Source: Casimicrobiaceae bacterium (lineage in GTDB: Bacteria; Pseudomonadota; Gammaproteobacteria; Burkholderiales; Casimicrobiaceae). From it: a stretch of 35,833 nucleotides of DNA. The stretch spans positions 1-35,833 of the forward strand of contig DASYXO010000370.1 in the NCBI GenBank assembly GCA_035934825.1. The letters run 5' to 3'. Both the position numbers and the translations under genes were made by a program. Under the pieces are notes generated by a model that made no database searches, was not told where the DNA came from, and saw nothing but the letters and a program-made list of their open reading frames with translations. Of the stretch, positions 21,688 through 30,731 are shown in pieces; position 1 is the stretch's first letter; every line of letters starts with the position of its first letter.

Positions 21688-22280
21688 CTCCGGTTATCGT
21701 CGGTGCCGAGCATCGGCCGCAGTTCGGCCGCAATCGACTCGCGCGCGCGGAAGATCCGCGAGCGCACGGTGCCGATCGGACAGTTCATCACCGCCGCGAT
21801 TTCCTCGTAGCTGAGGCCCTCGATCTCGCGCAGCGTGATCGCCGTGCGCAAGTCCTCGGGCAACTGGTCCATCGCGCGGTTCACGGTCGAGGCGATCTGC
21901 TTGCCGATCAACTCGGCTTCGGGTGTCGCCGTGTCCCGCAGCTGCTCGGCATCCTCGAAGGTCTCGGCGTCCTCGTGGTTGAACCCCGTGGACGTCGGGG
22001 CCCGGCGCCCCATCGCAACCAGGTAGTTCTTCGCCGTGTTGATGCCGATGCGATAGAGCCACGTGTAGAACGCGCTGTCGCCACGAAAGCTGGGCAATGC
22101 CCGGTACGCCTTGATGAAAGCCTCCTGCGTCACGTCCTCGACCTCGGCCGGGTCGCGCACCAGCCGGGACAGCAGCCGCCCCAGCTTCCGCTGGTATTTC
22201 GCCACCAGCAGCTCGAATGCGCGCTTGTCGCCCCTTTGTGCTCGCAAAACGAGCTGCTGATCGACTTCGCGATCACCCAT
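21681..22280 (-). CDS. rpoE: RNA polymerase sigma factor RpoE (sigma24/AlgU)
   Basis: DQQLVLRAQRGDKRAFELLV, DVTQEAFIKAYRAL, FYTWLYRIGINTAKNYL, LREIEGLSYEEIA, CPIGTVRSRIFRARE. Confidence 0.98.
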   Translation of the reverse strand: MGDREVDQQLVLRAQRGDKRAFELLVAKYQRKLGRLLSRLVRDPAEVEDVTQEAFIKAYRALPSFRGDSAFYTWLYRIGINTAKNYLVAMGRRAPTSTGFNHEDAETFEDAEQLRDTATPEAELIGKQIASTVNRAMDQLPEDLRTAITLREIEGLSYEEIAAVMNCPIGTVRSRIFRARESIAAELRPMLGTDDNRRW

Positions 22281-22424
22281 CCGCGGGTAGTCCCTGATTC
22301 ATGTCGTTGTTATGCCCGCCGAACGGCGGGCGCTGCGGCCGACGAGCTTTCGGCGCTCCCCAGGCCCTGGGTCCGGCCGACCGCGCGTGACGCACGCTTA
22401 GGAACAACAGACCATCCGTCGCCT

Positions 22425-23525
22425 TCATAGTTCAGCGATCGCCCGGTTCACCGGACGCCCGGCCGCTTCTGGCTCGCCGTCGCGCGCCTGCCCCGGCGCC
22501 GGGCCCTCCAGCAGGACGGCCGGGCGGATCGCGCCGACCTCGGTCCCGCGGTAGTTGCGGATCGGCCGCCGGCCCCAGGACGCGAGCACCCCGCGTGCGG
22601 CGTCGTCCAGCAGTCCCAGCTGGTCGAGGACCGCCACGACCGAAGGCAGGAGGCCGCGCGCCTGCCCGTCGGCCACCTTGACCGCGATGCCGATCCCGTG
22701 GCTGCGCACCCCGATCGCCTGAACGCCCTCGGCGCCGATCTTGGCGACCCAGTCGCCGCGGCCCGCCTGCGTCAACGCGAGGTCGCTACGCCCCTCGCCC
22801 GACACCATTTCCGGATGCGCGACCATCGCGTTGGCGAGCGTTCGCGGAGCCCTGCCATATTCGGGATCGTCCGTCGCGCTCGCAAGCCTCGCGAAGGCAC
22901 GCGCGAGCGCCGACAGCGGCACCGCGTAGTTGGGAGCCGAGCAGCCGTCGATACCGGGCACCAGCGCTGCGGCAGCGACGCCGGTGAACGTCGACACCGA
23001 CTGCCGGATTGCCTGCTGGACCGGGTGATCGATCTCGAGATAGGAGCCCTTGGGCCACTGGCACAGGACGCAGAAGGCGAGCATGCCGCTGTGCTTGCCC
23101 GAGCAGTTGTGCTGCAGAGGCGAGTACGGTGGGGGCGGCGGGACCTCGCCGCGCGTGTCGTAGAACCTCGGCGCGTGCGTTCCGCACTGCAGGTCGGCCG
23201 CCGTGCATCCGGCGCGCGCCAAGATCTCGGCCGCGGCGTCGGCGTGACGCGGCTCGCCCGAATGACTCGCGCATAAAAGTGCGACCTGCGAGGACGACAG
23301 AGCGAAGTGCTCGACGCCGCCCGCGGCGACGAACGGCAGCGCCTGCAGCGGCTTCAGCGCGCTACGAGTAAAGGTCAGGTGCTGCGGGTTGCCCGCCCAG
23401 CGCAGGACCCGCCCATGCCTGTCGACGACCGCCACCGAACCCGCGTGCAGGCTCTCGACGATCTCACCGCGGGTCACCTCGGCCAGCGGTACATGTTGCG
23501 CAACAGCGGATGGAGCGGTGGGCAT
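22425..23525 (-). CDS. Class 3 (Rhizobium etli AnsA-type, 'asparaginase II' family) L-asparaginase
   Basis: RGEIVESLH, RSALKPLQA (Ser/Lys), ASHSGEPRH, HNCSGKH (Zn ligands), IDGCSAP, AKIGAEGV, KVADG. Confidence 0.9.
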   Translation of the reverse strand: MPTAPSAVAQHVPLAEVTRGEIVESLHAGSVAVVDRHGRVLRWAGNPQHLTFTRSALKPLQALPFVAAGGVEHFALSSSQVALLCASHSGEPRHADAAAEILARAGCTAADLQCGTHAPRFYDTRGEVPPPPPYSPLQHNCSGKHSGMLAFCVLCQWPKGSYLEIDHPVQQAIRQSVSTFTGVAAAALVPGIDGCSAPNYAVPLSALARAFARLASATDDPEYGRAPRTLANAMVAHPEMVSGEGRSDLALTQAGRGDWVAKIGAEGVQAIGVRSHGIGIAVKVADGQARGLLPSVVAVLDQLGLLDDAARGVLASWGRRPIRNYRGTEVGAIRPAVLLEGPAPGQARDGEPEAAGRPVNRAIAEL

Positions 23526-23624
23526 GGACGCGGGTTTCCGACGCCGGCTGGCGAAGGCCCGGATTATCGCCTATCGCCGATCAATCCCGACCTCTTCCGG
23601 CACGCAGCAGGTCGGCGGCCTGCG

Positions 23625-25562
23625 CTAGGGGGCCTCGAGCGCGGCCCGGATCTGGTCCAGGGCGCCGGGATCCTCGATGGTCGTCAGGTCCCCGGGATCG
23701 CGGCCTTCGGCAAGCGCCTGGATCGAGCGGCGCAGCAGCTTGCCCGAGCGCGTCTTGGGCAGCAGGGTCACGAAGTGCACGCGCGCGGGGCGCGCGATCG
23801 CGCCGAGCTCACGATCGACCGTCTGCATCACCTCCCGCTGCATTGCTGCGACGCCGTCCGCGTCCGCGATCCGCAACGGGTCGCGGACCACGGCGAACGC
23901 GATGGGAACCTGGCCCTTGATCGGGTCCTGGACGCCGACGACGGCCACCGCGGCGATGCCGGCGTGGCCCTGCACGGCTTCCTCGATCTCCCGGGTGCCG
24001 ATCCGGTGTCCGGCGACGTTGATGACGTCGTCGGTGCGGCCCAGCAGGAAGTAGTAGCCATCGGCATCGCGCGTCGCCCAGTCGAACGTCGAGTAGAGCT
24101 CGCGTCCTGGAACCGTCGCGTAGTACGTCGACACGTAGCGCTCGTCGTTGCCCCAGACGGTGCTCATGCACCCGGGGGGCAGCGGCGGCGCGATCGTCAG
24201 CACGCCTTTTTCGCCCGCGGCAGTGTCGGCGCCGGTCGCGCCGTCGACGAGCTTCACGTCGTAGCCGTAGACCGGGAACGAGGCCGAGCCGAACTTGCGC
24301 GGCGTGTCCGCCACTCCGGGTTGGGCCGAGAGGATCGGCCAGCCGGTCTCGGTCTGCCAGTAATTGTCGACCACCGGCACGCCGAGCGTGTCGGCCGCCC
24401 AGCGTGCCGTCGGCTCGTCGAGGGGCTCGCCAGCGAGAAACAGATAGCGCAGCGACGACAGGTCGTGGCGCTTCATGTACGACGGGTCCTGCTTCTTCAA
24501 TACGCGGATCGCCGTCGGCGAGGTGAACATCGTCCGCGCCCTGTGCTCCGCGACGATCTTCCACCAGATCCCCGGATCGGGCCGGATCGGCACACCTTCG
24601 TAGAGGATCGTCGGCGAGCCGTTGAGCAGCGGGCCGTAGACGATGTACGAATGACCGACGACCCAGCCGATGTCGCTGGTCGTGAACATCGTCTCGCCCG
24701 GCGCCAACGCGAAGATCCGGCGCATCGACGACGCCAGCGCGACCGTGTGGCCACCCGTGTCCCGCTGCACGCCCTTGGGCTGCCCCGTCGTGCCGGAGGT
24801 GTAGAGGATGTATGAAGGCTCGGAGGACTCCAGCCATTCGCAGGGCACATTCGCGCCCGCGTGCTCGGCCCGTGCCGCCGCGAAATCGATATCGCGGGGT
24901 GCCTGCATCGACAAGCCCGGATCGAGTCCGCGGTTGACGAGGATCACGTGCCGTGGCGGATGGCGCGCGATCCGCAGCGCCTCGTCGACCAGCGGCTTGT
25001 AGTGGATCGTCCTGCCCGCGCGCATGCCCGCATCCGCGGTGAACACCAGCGCCGGGCGTGCATCGTCGATGCGCGTCGCAAGGCTGGCCGGTGCGAAGCC
25101 ACCGAACACCACCGAATGAATCGCGCCGATGCGCACGCAGGCGAGCATCGCGAACACCGCCTCGGCGATCATCGGCATGTAGATCAGCACTCGGTCGCCG
25201 CGGCTCACGCCGCGGGCCTTCAGCATCGCGGCGCAGCGATTGACCTCATCGTGCAGCTGCGAATAGCTGTACGTCTGCGACTGCCCGGTCTCGGTCGAGA
25301 TGTAGATCAGCGCCGCCTGGCCGCCACGCTCCGCGAGATGCCGGTCGACGGCGTTATGGCACAGGTTCGTCGTGCCGCCAACGAACCAGCGTGCAAACGG
25401 CGGCCGCGAATAGTCGAGGACCTGCGCGAAAGGCTCGCGCCAATCGACGAGCCCGGCCTCCTCGCGCCAGAAACCCTCGCGATCCTCGAGCGAGCGGCGG
25501 CGGAACTCGGCGCAGGCGGCAATTGCCGCCAGCCCCCGACCTGCATCATCCGAACGGCCCAT
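23625..25562 (-). CDS. prpE: Propionate--CoA ligase
   Basis: PPFARWFVGGTTNLCHNAVDRH, HSVVFGGF, YILYTSGTTGQPKGVQRDTGG, DNYWQTETGWP, GRTDDVINVAGHR, LPKTRSGKLLRR, GDLTTIEDP. Strong RBS GGAAGGAGG. Confidence 0.93.
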   Translation of the reverse strand: MGRSDDAGRGLAAIAACAEFRRRSLEDREGFWREEAGLVDWREPFAQVLDYSRPPFARWFVGGTTNLCHNAVDRHLAERGGQAALIYISTETGQSQTYSYSQLHDEVNRCAAMLKARGVSRGDRVLIYMPMIAEAVFAMLACVRIGAIHSVVFGGFAPASLATRIDDARPALVFTADAGMRAGRTIHYKPLVDEALRIARHPPRHVILVNRGLDPGLSMQAPRDIDFAAARAEHAGANVPCEWLESSEPSYILYTSGTTGQPKGVQRDTGGHTVALASSMRRIFALAPGETMFTTSDIGWVVGHSYIVYGPLLNGSPTILYEGVPIRPDPGIWWKIVAEHRARTMFTSPTAIRVLKKQDPSYMKRHDLSSLRYLFLAGEPLDEPTARWAADTLGVPVVDNYWQTETGWPILSAQPGVADTPRKFGSASFPVYGYDVKLVDGATGADTAAGEKGVLTIAPPLPPGCMSTVWGNDERYVSTYYATVPGRELYSTFDWATRDADGYYFLLGRTDDVINVAGHRIGTREIEEAVQGHAGIAAVAVVGVQDPIKGQVPIAFAVVRDPLRIADADGVAAMQREVMQTVDRELGAIARPARVHFVTLLPKTRSGKLLRRSIQALAEGRDPGDLTTIEDPGALDQIRAALEAP

Positions 25563-25587
25563 GACGAACGCCCTCCTTCCCGACCGT

Positions 25588-25622
25588 GATTCCCGATGCG
25601 CGATGCCCGATGCCCGATGCCC
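25588..25622. repeat. Intergenic heptamer tandem repeat (GATGCCC)x5, imperfect
   Basis: GATTCCC-GATGCGC-GATGCCC-GATGCCC-GATGCCC between the acuI stop and the prpE RBS. Confidence 0.9.
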
Positions 25623-25624
25623 GC

Positions 25625-26629
25625 CTATGGGTGCGGGTCACTCGCGATCCGCACGACGGTGCGGCCGCGAATCATTCCTTTCAGATAGGCGTCGAAGTGC
25701 GTCGGCAGCTCGTCGAAGTCGATCGTGCGGACCTGGTCGTGTACGCGATCCGGGCGCCACTCGACGGCCAGCTTGTTCCACAGCCGCTGGCGCAGCGCCA
25801 TCGGCGTGTTGGCGCTGTCGGTCCCGAGCAGGCGCACGCCGCGCAGTATGAACGGCGCGACGGTCGTCGACAGCTTCATGTCCGCGGCGAGGCCGACGGC
25901 GGCGACGGTTCCACCGATCTTCGAGCTCGCGAGCAGCCACGCGAGGATGTCGCCGCCGAGATTGTCGACCGCACCGGCCCAGGTCGCTTTCTCCAGCGGC
26001 CGGACGTTCGACAGGTCGAGCGCCGAGCGCAGCATCACCTCGCGGGCGCCGATGCCTCGCAGGTAGCCCGACTCCTCGCCCTTGCCCGTGATGGCGACGA
26101 CGTCGTAACCCTGCTTGGCGAGGATCTCGATCGCGACCGAGCCCACACCCCCGGTCGCTCCGGTGACCGCGACCGGGCCGTTCGCCGGCTCGAGGCCGTT
26201 GTGCTGCATCAGGTGGATCGCCAGCGCCGCGGTGTAACCGGCGGTGCCGATCGTCATCGCATCGAACGCCGTCATGCTCTCGGGTCTGCGCACGACCCAG
26301 TCGGCGGGCACCCGGACGAACTCGGCGTAGCCGCCGTCGTGTCCGACGCCCAGGTCGTAGCCGGTGACGATGACCTTGTCGCCCGTCTTGAAACGCGCGT
26401 CGGCGGAGGATTCGACGGTTCCGGCCATGTCGATCCCGGCGACGGTCGGGAACTTGCGCATGATCTTGCCGGTGCCGTTGTAGGAAAGGGCGTCCTTGTA
26501 GTTGATCGTCGAATACTTGGTCCGGATCACGACGTCGCCCGGATCGAGCTCGCCGATGCCGAGCGTGACGAAGCGGCTGGTCACGACGCCGTTCTCCTGG
26601 AACGTGCGATAGGCCTTGAATGTCTGCAC
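25625..26629 (-). CDS. acuI: YhdH/AcuI-family MDR oxidoreductase (putative acryloyl-CoA reductase)
   Basis: YSTINYKDAL, GIDMAGTV, GHDGGYAEFVRVPADW, GTAGYTAALA, VTGATGGVGS, APFILRGVRLLG. GTG start with AGGAG RBS. Confidence 0.85.
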   Translation of the reverse strand: MQTFKAYRTFQENGVVTSRFVTLGIGELDPGDVVIRTKYSTINYKDALSYNGTGKIMRKFPTVAGIDMAGTVESSADARFKTGDKVIVTGYDLGVGHDGGYAEFVRVPADWVVRRPESMTAFDAMTIGTAGYTAALAIHLMQHNGLEPANGPVAVTGATGGVGSVAIEILAKQGYDVVAITGKGEESGYLRGIGAREVMLRSALDLSNVRPLEKATWAGAVDNLGGDILAWLLASSKIGGTVAAVGLAADMKLSTTVAPFILRGVRLLGTDSANTPMALRQRLWNKLAVEWRPDRVHDQVRTIDFDELPTHFDAYLKGMIRGRTVVRIASDPHP

Positions 26630-26677
26630 GGGATTCTCCTGGCGCCCGGGGGCGCGACGATGAATGGGATGCGGCGG

Positions 26678-27826
26678 CTACCCCGGCGCCTTGGCCGGCG
26701 CTGCGTCGGCGACGTGCGGCAGCGCCATGTAGTCGCGCGTGCGCATTTCGATCAGCCTGCTGACGGTCCGGGGAAACTCGCTCGCCTGCGGCCCCTCGAA
26801 GTACAGCGATTCGGCCGGCACGCCGGCAGATGCGACGAGCTTCACGCGGTGATCGTACAGGATGTCGATCAGCCAGGTGAATCGCCGTGCCTGGTCCGCC
26901 GATCCGGTGCCCATTTGCGGGACCCCGGAGAGGAACACGACGGCGAAACGGCGGGCAATCTCCAGATAATCGCGCTGGGACCGCGGGCCGTCGCACAGCG
27001 CGGCGAAGTCGAACCAGACGATGCTTCCGGCGCGGTGCCTCGCCACCAGCGGCCGGCCGTCGACCTCGAAGCGCAGCTCCTCGTCCGGCCCCGCCCGCAT
27101 GCCCTCGAACACCGCGAGCAGCGCCGCGTCCGCGACCGGACCCGCGGGAACGTGCCAGGTCGTCAGGTGCTCGAGCGCCTGCAGACGGTAGTCGACCCCC
27201 GCGTCCACCTCGACGACGTCGAGCCACTGCTCGATCAGCCGGATCGCAGGAAGAAAGCGCTCGCGCAGCAGCCCGTCGGGCCACAATCGCTCCGGCGCGT
27301 CGTTGGACGTCATCACCAGCACGACTCCGGTCTCGAACAGTGCGGACAACAGCCGGCCCAGGATCATCGCGTCGGCGATGTCCGAGACGTGGAATTCGTC
27401 GAAGCAGACCAGCCGATGACGCCTTGCGATCTGCGCGGCGACGGTCGCGAGCGGATCGGTCGCGTCCTTGAGCGCCGCGAGCGCGGCGTGTACATCGCGC
27501 ATGAATGCGTGGAAGTGGATCCGCGTCTTTCGCCGGACTGCGACCGTCGCATAGAAGCTGTCCATCAGCAGGCTCTTGCCTCGCCCCACGCCCCCCCACA
27601 GGTAGACGCCGCGTGGGACTGCCGGCGCGGCGAAGAGGCGCCGCAGCGTCGACCGGCGTGCAGCGCGGAACGCCGCGAGCTCGTCGGCAAGCACCTGCAG
27701 GCGCTCGAGCGCGCTGACTTGGGCGTGGTCTAGCGTCGCATGGCGGCGATCGAGCAGCGGCTCGAGATAGTCGATCAGCGCGCCCTGGCGGCGCGTGACC
27801 TGGCCGGGATAGTCCGCCGCGCTCAA
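26678..27826 (-). CDS. zapE: AFG1/ZapE family ATPase
   Basis: RGVYLWGGVGRGKS (Walker A), RIHFHAFM, CFDEFHVSDIADAMIL (Walker B), TSND, ARRFTWLIDILYD, RTVSRLIEM. Start is probably TTG 27826. Confidence 0.93.
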   Translation of the reverse strand: MSAADYPGQVTRRQGALIDYLEPLLDRRHATLDHAQVSALERLQVLADELAAFRAARRSTLRRLFAAPAVPRGVYLWGGVGRGKSLLMDSFYATVAVRRKTRIHFHAFMRDVHAALAALKDATDPLATVAAQIARRHRLVCFDEFHVSDIADAMILGRLLSALFETGVVLVMTSNDAPERLWPDGLLRERFLPAIRLIEQWLDVVEVDAGVDYRLQALEHLTTWHVPAGPVADAALLAVFEGMRAGPDEELRFEVDGRPLVARHRAGSIVWFDFAALCDGPRSQRDYLEIARRFAVVFLSGVPQMGTGSADQARRFTWLIDILYDHRVKLVASAGVPAESLYFEGPQASEFPRTVSRLIEMRTRDYMALPHVADAAPAKAPG

Positions 27827-27884
27827 GAATTCGTCTGCGGGAGGGAGTTCGGGCGTGGCGTCGGAGCTGCGCGGGAGCGCGAGC

Positions 27885-29315
27885 TCAGAGGTTGAGGGTT
27901 CGCTTGTCGACCGCCAGCGCGGCTTCCTTCGTCGCCTCGGACAATGACGGATGCGCATGGCAGATCCGAGCCAGGTCCTCGCTCGCCGCGCCGAACTCCA
28001 TCGCGACCACGCCCTCGGCGATCAATTCGCTCGCCATCGGCCCGATGACGTGCATGCCCAGGATGCGGTCGTCAGCGGCGCCCGCCAGGATCTTGACGAA
28101 GCCGCTGGTATCGCCCAGCGCGCGTGCGCGACCGTTGGCCGAGAACGGAAAGCTTCCGGCGCGGTACGCGACGCCCGTCGCCTTCAGCTGCTGCTCGGTC
28201 TTGCCGACCCACGCGATTTCGGGCGACGTGTAGATCACCCATGGAACGGTGTTGAAATCCACGTGACCGTGCTGCCCGGCGATGCGCTCGGCAACTGCGA
28301 CGCCTTCCTCCTCCGCCTTGTGCGCGAGCATCGGCCCGCGGACGACGTCGCCGATCGCCCAGACGCCGGGAAGATTCGTGCGGCAGTCGGCGTCGACCTC
28401 GACGAAGCCGCGCGAATCGAGCTTCAGGTCGACGCCGTCGCCGTTCAGGCCCGCCGTCGTCGGCACCCGGCCGATGGACACCACCAGGCGGTCGAAGCCG
28501 ACGCGCTGGGCGGCGCCGGCCGCGTCCTGGTACTTGACGTCGACGCGATCCTTGCCGACTTCCACGGCACCCATCGACACGCCGAAATGCATCGCAAGCC
28601 CCTGCCGGGTGAACACCTTTCGCGCCTCCTTCGCGATCGCCTCGTCTGCGGCGGGGAGCAGCGTCGGCAGGGCCTCGAGGATCGTCACCTCGGCGCCGAG
28701 GCGACGCCAGACGCTTCCCATCTCCAGCCCGATCACGCCGGCGCCGACGACCCCGAGGTGCTTCGGGACCTCGGGGATCGACAGCGCACCGGCGTTGTCG
28801 AGCACCCGCAGGTTGTCGAACGGAACACCGGGCAGCGCACGCGGCGACGAGCCGGTGGCGACGATCACGTGGCGCGCGCTGAGCGACCCTGCGCCCGGGC
28901 CGTCGACCACGATTCTCCATCGCTCGCCGTCCCTGCCCGCGAACGCACCGCGGCCGTGGAAATAGGCGATCGCGTTCTTCTTGAACAGGTAGAGGATGCC
29001 GTCATTGTTCTGTCCGACGACCTTGTCCTTGCGCGCGAGCATCTTCGCGACATCGATCGTGAGGCCGGCAACGCCGATGCCGTGATCGGCGAACGCGTGA
29101 CCTGCGAGCTCGAAGTTCTCCGACGACTGGAGCAGCGCCTTGGACGGGATGCAGCCGACGTTCGTACACGTGCCGCCCGGCGCGGGCTTTCCGCCGGGCC
29201 GCGACCCGTCGTCGATGCATGCCGTCGCGAGGCCGAGCTGCGCTGCGCGGATCGCGGCGATGTAGCCGCCGGGACCGCCGCCGATGACGACGACGTCGAA
29301 GGACTGTTCCGCCAT
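27885..29315 (-). CDS. lpdA: Dihydrolipoamide dehydrogenase (E3)
   Basis: [61 protein letters not shown]. Start MAEQSF at 29315. Confidence 0.97.
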   Translation of the reverse strand: MAEQSFDVVVIGGGPGGYIAAIRAAQLGLATACIDDGSRPGGKPAPGGTCTNVGCIPSKALLQSSENFELAGHAFADHGIGVAGLTIDVAKMLARKDKVVGQNNDGILYLFKKNAIAYFHGRGAFAGRDGERWRIVVDGPGAGSLSARHVIVATGSSPRALPGVPFDNLRVLDNAGALSIPEVPKHLGVVGAGVIGLEMGSVWRRLGAEVTILEALPTLLPAADEAIAKEARKVFTRQGLAMHFGVSMGAVEVGKDRVDVKYQDAAGAAQRVGFDRLVVSIGRVPTTAGLNGDGVDLKLDSRGFVEVDADCRTNLPGVWAIGDVVRGPMLAHKAEEEGVAVAERIAGQHGHVDFNTVPWVIYTSPEIAWVGKTEQQLKATGVAYRAGSFPFSANGRARALGDTSGFVKILAGAADDRILGMHVIGPMASELIAEGVVAMEFGAASEDLARICHAHPSLSEATKEAALAVDKRTLNL

Positions 29316-29317
29316 GG

Positions 29318-30571
<1,254 letters not shown>

Positions 30572-30620
30572 TGGACCACTCTCATGGTTCTCCGAAACAC
30601 GGTCCGGAAAATGGGATAAG

Positions 30621-30716
30621 AAAATGGGGTCAGAGCTGCAATATTCCGTCGGCGTCGCAGGTGGGATCCGCGATTCCCGACGAGCCAGGAAAATATTGCA
30701 GCTCTGACCCCATTTT
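30621..30716. repeat. Palindromic element with perfect 25-bp inverted repeats (MITE/REP-like) between sucA and sucB
   Basis: AAAATGGGGTCAGAGCTGCAATATT (30621-30645) and its exact reverse complement AATATTGCAGCTCTGACCCCATTTT (30692-30716). The 46-bp spacer has its own CGTCGG/CCGACG pairing. Confidence 0.9.
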
Positions 30717-30731
30717 TGACCCGAACCTCGG

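Noticed and set aside
25586-27733. 715-aa and 653-aa ORFs overlapping acuI/zapE
   Set aside because: Shadow frames without motifs. The repetitive N-terminus (PDARCPMPDAR) is just the heptamer repeat translated.
30621-30716. Possible CRISPR repeat-spacer-repeat or integron attC site
   Set aside because: The repeats are inverted rather than direct, there are only two, there is no cas or integrase gene, and RYYYAAC/GTTRRRY ends are absent.
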